Shown piece by piece: positions 9,710 to 18,089 of a DNA stretch of 64,000 nucleotides. The notes under the pieces were generated by a model that was not told where the DNA came from, did not search any database, and saw only the letters and a program-made list of their open reading frames with translations. Position numbers and translations under genes: made by a program. Positions within the stretch are counted from its first letter, which is position 1. Every line of letters begins with the position of its first letter. The stretch comes from Deltaproteobacteria bacterium (GTDB lineage Bacteria > Desulfobacterota > RBG-13-43-22): assembly GCA_016219225.1 (NCBI GenBank), contig JACRBX010000097.1, forward strand, positions 1,106 to 65,105, written 5' to 3'.

Positions 9710-9733
9710 CTTCTATGATGCAGATCATAGAAG
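9710..9733. promoter_or_regulatory. Perfect 10+10 bp inverted repeat (CTTCTATGAT gcag ATCATAGAAG) in the divergent tctC / CoA-transferase promoter region
   Basis: Read directly from the sequence. It shares the core ATGATnnAGATCATAG with the site at 7-22. Confidence 0.45.
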
Positions 9734-9820
9734 GACAAAAAAGAATGGTTTAAATTGTGCATGCTGACGTTAGACATAAATTCTAAGAATCACGATTAAA
9801 GAATTGAGCGGTTTCAAAAA

Positions 9821-11074
9821 ATGAAAGAGCAAAGTTTTCTCAGCCCCTATCGCATCCTGGATTTGACCGATGAAAAGGGACTGATCTGCGGTAAGTTCCT
9901 CAGGGATCTCGGGGCCAAGGTGATCAAGATCGAAAAACCCGGTGGGGATCCGGCCCGGAATATCGGTCCCTTCTATCATGATATCCAGGATCCCGAAAAA
10001 AGTCTTTTCTGGTTTTCCTTGAACACCGGCAAGAAGGGGATCACCCTGGATATCACTCGACCCAAAGGAAAAGAAATTTTCCGGGAATTGGTCAAAGGTG
10101 CGGACTGTGTTCTGGAATCCTTTCCACCCGGCACACTGGATGGCCTGGAACTCGGCTACAAAGCGTTATGCCTGATAAAATCCGACCTGATCATGACTTC
10201 CATCACCCCTTTCGGAGATAAGGGACCTTACCGGGATTATAAAGGATCGGATCTTATCCTCTGGGCCTTATCGGGCCTGCTCTTTATCTGCGGGGATCCG
10301 GACCGGCCTCCGGTCAGGATAAGCCTGGAACAATCATACCTGCACGCCGGTGCCGACGGGGCCGCCGGCACGGTCATGGCCCTCTTCCATCGGGGTCGAT
10401 CGGGGAAAGGGCAGCAGGTTCAGGTATCGATTCTCAAGGCCATGGAACGTGTGGCCTATACGGCCCACATCCTCTGGGACGCCCGGGGCAAAATCCTGAG
10501 AAGGCCCGGAAGCGCCTTGAGAATTCCCCCTCTTGGTACGAAGACCCCTCTCATCTGGTCCTGTAAGGACGGCTATGTGGCCTTCTATTTATTCGGAGGC
10601 GCCATGGGTGCCGTGAGTAATCCGGCCCTCACTCAATGGTTGGATGAAGAAGGTCTGGCCAGTGAAGTCATGAAGGCCATGGATTGGCCTAAATTTGATA
10701 TTGGAACAACCCTTCAAGAAGACATTGACCGTCACATTGTCGGACCGATCGCCGAATTTTTCAAAGGCCGCACCAAGAAAGAACTTTGGGAAGGCGGCAT
10801 AAAAAGACGGGTCATGGTCTATCCGGTTAATGATGCCCATGGGGTGCTGAACGACCAGCAGCTCAAGGAAAGAAATTTTTGGGCCAGGGTCGCACATACC
10901 CATCTTGAGGATACCCTGGATTATCCCGGGCCTTTTATCAAAGTGGAAGGGGAACTTTGCCAGGTCAGGGGACGGGCCCCTTTGATCGGGGAACACAACG
11001 AGGAAATCTATGTAAATGAACTCGGGCTATCGGGAGAAGATCTGGTGCGGTTAAAGGCGGAGGGGGTTATTTAG
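9821..11074 (+). CDS. Family III CoA-transferase (CaiB/BaiF family)
   Basis: The N-terminus YRILDLTDEKGLICGKFLRDLGAKVIKIEKPGGDPAR is typical of the family, and the length is about 417 aa. Confidence 0.85.
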   Translation: MKEQSFLSPYRILDLTDEKGLICGKFLRDLGAKVIKIEKPGGDPARNIGPFYHDIQDPEKSLFWFSLNTGKKGITLDITRPKGKEIFRELVKGADCVLESFPPGTLDGLELGYKALCLIKSDLIMTSITPFGDKGPYRDYKGSDLILWALSGLLFICGDPDRPPVRISLEQSYLHAGADGAAGTVMALFHRGRSGKGQQVQVSILKAMERVAYTAHILWDARGKILRRPGSALRIPPLGTKTPLIWSCKDGYVAFYLFGGAMGAVSNPALTQWLDEEGLASEVMKAMDWPKFDIGTTLQEDIDRHIVGPIAEFFKGRTKKELWEGGIKRRVMVYPVNDAHGVLNDQQLKERNFWARVAHTHLEDTLDYPGPFIKVEGELCQVRGRAPLIGEHNEEIYVNELGLSGEDLVRLKAEGVI

Positions 11075-11272
11075 ATTTTGGATTTTAGATTTCGGATTTC
11101 GGATTTAAAAGAAACAGCATTCCCATGATCCGTGGTGCTCCCCCCGGACATAAGGGTTTAGTACGAAAATAGATTTTTAACCACTTTGGCCTCTGTTGGG
11201 GCTTCGTAGGGGCGGTATTTTCATGCTTAAGGGGTTTTTCCTTTGAGCTTTGAGCTTTCAGCTTTCAGCTAT
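11074..11272 (-). repeat. Two tandem heptamer-array elements filling the intercistronic gap
   Basis: (GATTTYG)x4 at 11074-11106 and (CTTTGAG/CTTTCAG)x4 at 11241-11270. Reverse-complement cores sit at about 11125-11150 and 11213-11236. A reverse-complement tail motif (TCTATTTTCGTACTAAACC) is also present. Confidence 0.7.
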
Positions 11273-11280
11273 TTTATAGG

Positions 11281-12501
11281 GTGCAATGGATGAATAATAA
11301 AATTCTGGAAGGCATTCGTATCATCGAATTCGGTTGGGCCGTGGTGGGTCCCTTGACCACCAGTTGGGCCGGGGGTTACGGGGCCGAGGTCATTAAGATA
11401 GAGACCAAAACCCGGCCGGATATCATCCGGACCATGACCCCTTATAAAGATGACCGGGTGGACCTGGACAATTCACTCTTTTTCGGCCGGGAAAATGCCA
11501 ACAAGTACAGCCTGGCCTTGAACCTGAAACATCCCGAGGGGGTGAATATTGCCAAAAAACTGGTGGCCGAAAGTGATTGCGTGCTGGATAGCTATACCGC
11601 CGGGGTCATGGATCGCTATGGATTAGGCTATGAGGATTTAAAACAGGTCAAGCCGGATATTATCATGTTGAGTTCCTGTATGTACGGGCAGACCGGTCCC
11701 TTGAGGTCCATGCCCGGCTATGGTGTCCCCCTGACGGCCATAAGCGGTCTGACCTACCTGTGTGGCTGGCCGGATCGGCCCCCTACCGGCCCCTATGGCT
11801 CCTACACCGATTATCTGGTCCCCCGGTTGAACCTCCTGGCCCTGGTAAGCGCCCTGGAGTACCGGAGGCGGACCGGTAAAGGGACCTTCATTGATGCGGC
11901 CCAGCTTGAGGCCAGTGTGCAGTTCGTCTCCCCAGCCCTTCTGGAGTATGGAGCCAATCAACGAACCGCCATCCGTTCCGGCAACACATCAAATCGTGCA
12001 GCGCCACACGGCGTTTTTCCCTGCAAAGGGAACGACCGGTGGTGTGCTCTCAGCGTTTTTAACGAAGAAGAGTGGCAGGGGTTCTGTGAGGCCCTGGACC
12101 ATCTGCCCTGGACGAAAAGACCTGAATTTGCCTCCCTGTCGGAACGGAAGCAAAACGAAGGGGAATTAAACCGGTTAATTGAAGAATGGACCCGGCAGCG
12201 GGAAGCGGAATGGGTCATGGTTCAAATGCAAAGCCATGGCGTTCCGGCCGGGGTGGCTAATAACGGCCAGGACCTGGGGCATGATCCCCAGTTAACATAC
12301 ACCCATTATTACCGAAGGCTGGAGCATCCGGAAATGGGGGCCGTTGATTATGCCCCCCATTCCATTGAATTCTCCAATGCCCCCCAGGAAATTTTTCGTT
12401 CTCCCTGTCTGGGAGAACATACCGAATATATTTGTAAAAATATCCTTGGACTTTCCGACCAGGAATTCAAGAAGTATTCGGCTGAAGGGGTCTTCGAGTA
12501 A
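11281..12501 (+). CDS. Family III CoA-transferase (CaiB/BaiF family), second paralog
   Basis: IRIIEFGWAVVGPLTTSWAGGYGAEVIKIE N-terminus and a family-typical length. The ORF begins at GTG 11281; ATG 11287 or 11290 are alternative starts. Confidence 0.85.
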   Translation: MQWMNNKILEGIRIIEFGWAVVGPLTTSWAGGYGAEVIKIETKTRPDIIRTMTPYKDDRVDLDNSLFFGRENANKYSLALNLKHPEGVNIAKKLVAESDCVLDSYTAGVMDRYGLGYEDLKQVKPDIIMLSSCMYGQTGPLRSMPGYGVPLTAISGLTYLCGWPDRPPTGPYGSYTDYLVPRLNLLALVSALEYRRRTGKGTFIDAAQLEASVQFVSPALLEYGANQRTAIRSGNTSNRAAPHGVFPCKGNDRWCALSVFNEEEWQGFCEALDHLPWTKRPEFASLSERKQNEGELNRLIEEWTRQREAEWVMVQMQSHGVPAGVANNGQDLGHDPQLTYTHYYRRLEHPEMGAVDYAPHSIEFSNAPQEIFRSPCLGEHTEYICKNILGLSDQEFKKYSAEGVFE

Positions 12502-12546
12502 TCATCCCCAGACAGCATGTATCTGTATTAAACCCTTATACCCCTT

Positions 12547-12685
12547 GGGGACACCACGAAGCATAAAAATATTTTTTAGGGGCGATGGGCGATGGGCAAG
12601 GTTAAACGGGTTTATGGGTTATTATTCGCCTATGGCCTATAGCCTCGTGCCTATAGCCTGAATTTTTCTATTTTCGAACTAAATC
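12547..12685 (+). repeat. Heptamer-array element (core, two partly complementary arrays, tail)
   Basis: Core GGGGACACCACGAAGCATAAAAAT at 12547-12570. Arrays (GGCGATG)x2+GGCAAGG at 12581-12601 and (GCCTATR/GCCTCGT)x4 at 12628-12660. Tail CTATTTTCGAACTAAATC at 12668-12685, just before the RBS of the next gene. Confidence 0.8.
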
Positions 12686-12696
12686 ACAGGAGCAGC

Positions 12697-13851
12697 ATGA
12701 CGGATCTGAAAGAGATTATCGACAAGGGGATTGAAAAATATAACCGGGACAAGGTGGGGAAGATCATCCGCCCCCCACAGGGGAACGAATGGGCCACCAG
12801 GGATGCCATCAGACACTTCGCCAACGGGCTGGGTGACCCCAATCCCCTCTGGCGGGATGAAGACTATGCCCAAAAGAGCCCTTATGGCGGCATCATTGCC
12901 CCGCCGTTCTTTTTGAACGCCGTATCTGAAGGTCAGGCCATTATCGGACTTCCTGGTTTGATTTCAACCTTTGTGGGTTCTGAATGGGAATGGTTTAAAC
13001 CGATCCGGATCAATGATCGATTTTCCGTGACCAATAGGCTCCTGGAGCTTAAAGAGTTGCCGGATAATAACGGCCGGCGCCGTTTATTACAATCCGGCAT
13101 TCTGCGTTATTCCGATCAAAGGGGGGAAGCCGTCGGACAATGCCAATGGAATATGATGCGTACGGAAATAAAGCCGGGTCAAAGCAAACGCAATGAGACG
13201 TCTAACGAGCCGGCCCAAAAAGGATCTCAGCCCTACAGTGAAGATGCGTTAAAGAAAATCTATGCGGCTGTTGAAGCTGAAGAGATCAGAGGGAACATTC
13301 CCAGATTTTTCGAAGAAGTAAAATTGGGTGAGACGTTGAAACCGGTGGTCAAAGGACCGTTGTCTATTTCCGATATGGTGGCCTGGGCCATAGGGACCGG
13401 CTGGCACCGCATCGAATTGGCCCATGGTCCGAAATTGCTGCACTTGCGGGCCAACCCCGGTCTTTCCTATATTGATCCGGATTCGGGGAGTCCTGAGCCG
13501 ATTGCCAATTCTCATTTTTGGCCTTCGGCGGCCAGGATTCTGATGGGCTCCTCCCTTCCCCTGGATTTGGGTTTTCAACGGGTCAGTTGGCTGGGCCATC
13601 TGATTACCAACTGGATGAGTGATTTCGGTTTTCTGAAAAAACTGGCGGCCCGTCTCAAGGGCCTGGTACGATTTGGGGATACGACCTGGTGTCATGGAAA
13701 GGTTATTGGGAAAAGGCAAGAGGCAGAAGGCTGTCTGGTGGATTTGGATCTTTTTTGCAAAAACCAGCACGGGGAGATCACCACTACAGGCCAGGCCGTG
13801 GTGCAGCTCCCCTCTAAGCATTCATGCCCCAGGGGACGCCACGAAGCATGA
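12697..13851 (+). CDS. MaoC-like (R)-specific enoyl-CoA hydratase/dehydratase, double hot-dog
   Basis: The N-terminal region (RDAIRHFANGLGDPNPLWRDEDYA...GGIIAPPFF) is typical of MaoC_dehydrat_N, followed by a second hot-dog-like half. The last ~9 codons and the stop lie inside a repeat core. Confidence 0.7.
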   Translation: MTDLKEIIDKGIEKYNRDKVGKIIRPPQGNEWATRDAIRHFANGLGDPNPLWRDEDYAQKSPYGGIIAPPFFLNAVSEGQAIIGLPGLISTFVGSEWEWFKPIRINDRFSVTNRLLELKELPDNNGRRRLLQSGILRYSDQRGEAVGQCQWNMMRTEIKPGQSKRNETSNEPAQKGSQPYSEDALKKIYAAVEAEEIRGNIPRFFEEVKLGETLKPVVKGPLSISDMVAWAIGTGWHRIELAHGPKLLHLRANPGLSYIDPDSGSPEPIANSHFWPSAARILMGSSLPLDLGFQRVSWLGHLITNWMSDFGFLKKLAARLKGLVRFGDTTWCHGKVIGKRQEAEGCLVDLDLFCKNQHGEITTTGQAVVQLPSKHSCPRGRHEA

Positions 13852-13910
13852 AAATAGGTTTTCGACGAACGCCGAACGCTAAACGACGAACGTTATTTTC
13901 GCACTAAATC
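13832..13910 (+). repeat. Heptamer-array element (core, array, tail)
   Basis: Core GGGGACGCCACGAAGCATGAAAAT at 13832-13855. Array CGACGAA CGCCGAA CGCTAAA CGACGAA at 13863-13890. Tail TTATTTTCGCACTAAATC at 13893-13910. Confidence 0.85.
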
Positions 13911-13946
13911 TTCTGTTTTTAAACGCCTACAGGAGGATAAGCTTTG

Positions 13947-14765
13947 ATGAACTTTATTGAGATGGATAACAAACTCAATCGCTATTTACGGTTGTCGACC
14001 TTCCCGGTGGCGGTCAGGATGTTGGAATCCGAGCAGGAACTCACCGGGGATGGAGGGTTAAAAAAATCCAGTGGAATGCCCATGCCGGTATGCCAGGGCA
14101 TTTCCCTTTCCCGGCGCTACGGATGGAGGGTTGTCCAGGGGAGGGAGGACATGAGCTGCCCCCTTGGGGCCGTGGCCCTGGGGTTCGTCCCTCCGAAACC
14201 AAAATTTTTAGACGGCACTATCGAGGTCCCCTATTGGGTGAGAACCAGGGAGGCCCGGGCCAAAATCGCCCGGAATCTTCCCAAATTGGAATGGGGGAAA
14301 TATAAATTTCTGATCTCGGCCCCCCTGAATACCGCCGACTTTGAACCCCACTTGGTTATAGTCTATGGCAATCCGGCACAGGCGATGCGGCTGGTCCAAA
14401 GTTGTATTTATTTGACCGGGGACCCGGTTGTTTCTTCCAGCTACGGGGCAGCCGGTTGCGGAACCTATATATCGAAAACCCTCCTGACCGATGAATGTCA
14501 ATTTGTCCTTTCCGGAGCCGGGGACAGGATATTCGCAGCCACCCAGGACCATGAGGTCTGTTTCTCCATTCCCATGGGCCGGATGGAGGCGATTTTAAGG
14601 GGACTGGAAGAAACCTATCGGGCCGGCATGAGATACCCGACCCCCAGCTATCTTAAATCCCAGATAGAATTGCCCGACACCTATAAAGATCTCCTGGGAT
14701 ATTTACAGGTCGAGCAGATTCCTCAGAACTCCGGAGAATTGGCCGCCTTGCCCCCTTCCGGATAG
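13947..14765 (+). CDS. DUF169-family protein
   Basis: The FPVAVRM...PVCQGISLSRRYGW...CPLGAVALGF pattern resembles the DUF169 family. The start is ATG 13947, or the in-frame TTG 13944 that follows AGGAGG. Confidence 0.65.
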   Translation: MNFIEMDNKLNRYLRLSTFPVAVRMLESEQELTGDGGLKKSSGMPMPVCQGISLSRRYGWRVVQGREDMSCPLGAVALGFVPPKPKFLDGTIEVPYWVRTREARAKIARNLPKLEWGKYKFLISAPLNTADFEPHLVIVYGNPAQAMRLVQSCIYLTGDPVVSSSYGAAGCGTYISKTLLTDECQFVLSGAGDRIFAATQDHEVCFSIPMGRMEAILRGLEETYRAGMRYPTPSYLKSQIELPDTYKDLLGYLQVEQIPQNSGELAALPPSG

Positions 14766-14817
14766 AAAAAAGGCGGTTGTAGCCAGGGTCTTAAAATGAT
14801 AAAAAAAGGATATCATC

Positions 14818-16533
14818 ATGGAATCAAGAGATCTTAAACAGGAACTGGACCTGATGGGACTTCTGGTCAGAAAGTTTGAGGAGTGGGCCGAGGTTATCCC
14901 GGATAAAACATTTTTCTATTACGGCGAGGAGGACCGTCGCTTTACTTATCAGGAATTTAACCAGTTAGCCAATAACCTGGCCTTCCATCTGCGGGCCATG
15001 GGAGTGCAAAAAGGGGACCGGGTCTCCCTCTTTCTGCTCAACCCCACCGTCATCATTATTGCCATGTTCGCCTTGTGGAAAATCGGAGCTGTATTCTGTC
15101 CCATCAATTTTCTTTATAAAAGACGTCTTCTATCGTATCAGCTCAACGATACCAAACCCAGGCTTCTGATTACCGAAAAAGGGCGGGAACCCCTATTAAA
15201 CCAGATAAAAGCGGAAATCGGTGATTTCCCCATTGTGCTTTATCACCCCCAAAAAGGCGACCATGATTTCAAGGAGGATGATCCCGCTCTGGTTTTGGAT
15301 CAGAAGTTCCATTGGACCCCCTGGGCTGACCTGTTAAGCGGAGACCATCCAAACCCCAATATCCTCCTTAACTATTGGGATACGGCCAATATTATCTATA
15401 CCTCGGGCACTACCGGCCCGCCCAAAGGGGTGGTCCAGCCTTGTCGTTGGCTGCAGAATTACTGTTATTACGGGGTAAAGCTCCTCCATCCCGATGATGT
15501 GGTTTATTGTGACCTGCCCCTTTACCACGTGGGTGGGGCCTTTTCCCTGGTCGGACGTGCAGCCTGGCAGGGGTGTACGGTGGCGGTCTGGGACCGCTTC
15601 AGCGCTTCGGAATTCTGGAACCGGATCCGAGTCAGTGGGGCCAGTTATTGCCTTTTGCTGGATGTGATGATGCCCTGGCTGCTTCAGCCTCCGGAAAAAC
15701 CGGAAGATCGGCATAATACCCTTCGAAGGGTCCATATGCAGCCCCTGCCTGAATACCATCACCTTTTTGCCAGGAGGTTCGGTATTGATTTTGTAAATGT
15801 CGGCTATGGGGCCACGGAAATCGGTTATGCCTGTGCCGCCATGATCGATGAATCCCTTGACGGCCACGGGACCCCTGCAGAATTCCAGAAAGGTTTTTCA
15901 AGGGATGAAATCGTCGCCATTGCCGGCCGGTTGGGTCTGCCGGTGCTTCCCGGAACCGTTCCGGTCAAAAAAGGATTCATGGGTAAGGCCTGCATGTTTC
16001 ATGAGGTTTCTATTGTCAATGAACATGATGAAGAACTGGCAGCCGGAGAATACGGGCAGATTGTCTTACGGAGCCGATTGCCTTATGTTTTACTGGATGA
16101 ATATCTGAACCGGCCGGAGGCCACGAAAGAAGTATTCCGGAATCTCTGGTTTCACACCGGAGACGGCGCTTACAAAAATGAAGAGGGAATTTTTTATTTT
16201 GTGGACCGCATGGGGGGATTCATCCGGGTCCGGGGGGAAAATATTTCATCCTTTCAGATTGAGGATATGATCAATGCCCATTCCAAGATTGCCGTTTCGG
16301 CCGCCTTTCCGGTTCCGGCCGAAAAGGGATTGGAAGATGATATCGTTGTTTATATCGTCCCCGCACCGGGAGAAAATCTATCAGAAAGCGAACTCAGGCC
16401 CTGGATCGAGGCCGAAATGCCTAAATACATGTGGCCCAAACATATCCGGTTTATTGAGACCCTGCCCCAAACCCCGACTCACAAGGTGGAAAAGTACAAA
16501 CTGAAAGAGATCTTCTTGAATGAGAGAAAATAG
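14818..16533 (+). CDS. AMP-dependent acyl-CoA synthetase/ligase (adenylate-forming family)
   Basis: AMP-binding motif IIYTSGTTGPPKGV, plus the later WFHTGD and the C-terminal lysine region (PQTPTHKVEKYKL). Confidence 0.88.
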   Translation: MESRDLKQELDLMGLLVRKFEEWAEVIPDKTFFYYGEEDRRFTYQEFNQLANNLAFHLRAMGVQKGDRVSLFLLNPTVIIIAMFALWKIGAVFCPINFLYKRRLLSYQLNDTKPRLLITEKGREPLLNQIKAEIGDFPIVLYHPQKGDHDFKEDDPALVLDQKFHWTPWADLLSGDHPNPNILLNYWDTANIIYTSGTTGPPKGVVQPCRWLQNYCYYGVKLLHPDDVVYCDLPLYHVGGAFSLVGRAAWQGCTVAVWDRFSASEFWNRIRVSGASYCLLLDVMMPWLLQPPEKPEDRHNTLRRVHMQPLPEYHHLFARRFGIDFVNVGYGATEIGYACAAMIDESLDGHGTPAEFQKGFSRDEIVAIAGRLGLPVLPGTVPVKKGFMGKACMFHEVSIVNEHDEELAAGEYGQIVLRSRLPYVLLDEYLNRPEATKEVFRNLWFHTGDGAYKNEEGIFYFVDRMGGFIRVRGENISSFQIEDMINAHSKIAVSAAFPVPAEKGLEDDIVVYIVPAPGENLSESELRPWIEAEMPKYMWPKHIRFIETLPQTPTHKVEKYKLKEIFLNERK

Positions 16534-16558
16534 GGTGTGAAAACCACCCTGTTTTTTT
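16532..16558 (+). terminator. Rho-independent terminator after the acyl-CoA synthetase gene
   Basis: AGGGTG / CACCCT 6-bp stem with a 7-nt loop, followed by a run of 7 T (16552-16558). Confidence 0.6.
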
Positions 16559-16600
16559 CCCTTTCCACTGCCAAAGCACTCTATCCCTGTTTTTTCTTTC

Positions 16601-16629
16601 TTGACCTCCCCTCCCGGCTTGAGTAAAGT
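16601..16629 (+). promoter_or_regulatory. Candidate sigma-70 promoter for the DUF362 gene
   Basis: TTGACC (16601-16606), a 17-nt spacer, then TAAAGT (16624-16629). It lies downstream of the terminator and about 45 nt before ATG 16673. Confidence 0.4.
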
Positions 16630-16672
16630 TGTCTAAGCTGAGATTCAATTCTAAGGATAACCGGTAAAACTC

Positions 16673-17851
16673 ATGTCCGTTCCTCCTGTCCCTGTCCGGG
16701 TCAGCCGCTGCCCTGATTATGCGCCTGGAAACGTATTTGAAGCGGTGGAGAAGATGCTCTCCGATCTGGAGCCCCTTCCCCTCCCCCCTGGTGCCCGGGT
16801 CCTGCTCAAACCTAATGGTCTTTCGGCCCATCACGGTCCGGACCGGCCCGTTAATACCCGGGGGGAGGTGGTGGAGGCTGTAGGCCGCTACCTCCTTAAT
16901 CATCATGAGGTGCATCTGCTTATCGCCGATTCCGGCGGACTGGGCTCCTACGGGAAATCTCAGAGGGCTTTTGCTCTGATGGGTTTGGACCGGGTGGCTG
17001 TCACCCTTGGGGCCGAATTGGTCAATCTCGAAAAACTCGGCGTTATGGACATCCAAAACCCACAGGGAAAACTGTTACCCCGATTCAAGGCCACTGCCCT
17101 GTTGGACCGGGTTGATGTCATAATCAACCTGCCCAAGTTAAAAACCCATATCCTGACCGGGATAACCGGAGCCATAAAAAATTATCTGGGGCTGTTGCCC
17201 GGATCCCTGAAGCGGTCCGTCCACTTGATCGCACCCACCGGACCGGCCATGGCCCAGGCCCTGACCGATATCCTGTCCGGAATTAAAATGAAGGTACCTC
17301 TGGCCTTGCATATCATGGATGGCATAATGGCCATGGAAGGGACCGGGCCGACCCACGGCCAGGCCCGGCCGGTCAATCGGCTCCTGGCCTCAACCGATCC
17401 GGTGGCTTTGGATGTTGTTGCAGCCTTCATCATGGGATTTGAACCGGCCAGAGTTCCCACAATCGTTCAAGCCGCGGAAGCAGGACTGGGGATGGCCGAT
17501 CCGTCCCGGATCGAACTTCTGGGGACTTCCTGGCAAGACCTGCCTATCCCCGGCTTTAAACATCCCTTCACCAGGACCAGGGAATGGGCCGAGAGGATCA
17601 TACCAGCCTGGTTGATCGGCAGGGCCTTTGACTGGCTGTATGAAGCCAAACCCAAGATCAAGAAGGATCAGTGTCAGAAATGCGGCTTATGCGTCCAGGC
17701 CTGTCCGGCCCAGGCCTTGAATTTGACCGATCCGGGGCTGACCATAAATCAACAACTGTGTATCGAATGTTACTGTTGCCTGGAGCATTGTCCCTATGAA
17801 GGGTTATGGGTCCCCCGGGGTCTGTGGGACCGGATTAAAAGGGGACGCTGA
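16673..17851 (+). CDS. DUF362-domain protein with a C-terminal 2x[4Fe-4S] ferredoxin domain
   Basis: DUF362-like core (LLKPN...KTH...GIMAMEGTGP). Two CxxCxxCxxxCP-type motifs follow at the C-terminus (CQKCGLCVQACP, CIECYCCLEHCP). Confidence 0.75.
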   Translation: MSVPPVPVRVSRCPDYAPGNVFEAVEKMLSDLEPLPLPPGARVLLKPNGLSAHHGPDRPVNTRGEVVEAVGRYLLNHHEVHLLIADSGGLGSYGKSQRAFALMGLDRVAVTLGAELVNLEKLGVMDIQNPQGKLLPRFKATALLDRVDVIINLPKLKTHILTGITGAIKNYLGLLPGSLKRSVHLIAPTGPAMAQALTDILSGIKMKVPLALHIMDGIMAMEGTGPTHGQARPVNRLLASTDPVALDVVAAFIMGFEPARVPTIVQAAEAGLGMADPSRIELLGTSWQDLPIPGFKHPFTRTREWAERIIPAWLIGRAFDWLYEAKPKIKKDQCQKCGLCVQACPAQALNLTDPGLTINQQLCIECYCCLEHCPYEGLWVPRGLWDRIKRGR

Positions 17852-17871
17852 AAGCAAAAGTGCATCTTTTT

Positions 17872-18014
17872 GTTACTGGTTTCTCGTTACTCGTTTTAAT
17901 ACAAAAATAAGTTCGGGGTTTAGAGTTCGGAGCAAACCATTTTCATGATTCGAGGTGTTCCGGCGGAGCATGAGAGTTTAACCAGCAACCAGTAACCAGT
18001 AACCAGTAACGAGC
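17872..18014 (-). repeat. Nested composite heptamer-array element
   Basis: Outer inverted arrays of GTTACTG-type heptamers: 17872-17895 versus (AACCAGT)n at 17980-18014. The inner array GTTCGGG GTTTAGA GTTCGGA sits at 17911-17931. The reverse-complement core (..ATTTTCATGATTCGAGGTG..) sits at 17937-17966. Confidence 0.75.
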
Positions 18015-18089
18015 CGCAGATAACAGTGTTTACGTTAGAATAAATTCTCTGTTGAACATTTTTACCACTAATTAAAAGGAGCTATAACC

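Noticed and set aside
11074-11272. Heptamer arrays considered as a CRISPR array.
   Set aside because: The repeat period is 7-9 nt with no unique spacers of 25-40 nt, and no cas genes are present. The structure is a microsatellite-like array inside a larger element.
13863-13892. Heptamers such as GCCGAAC / GCTAAAC considered as integron attC core sites (RYYYAAC / GTTRRRY).
   Set aside because: There is no integrase gene, no paired R''/L''-L'/R' architecture and no cassette-sized spacing. The resemblance is limited to the AAC ending.
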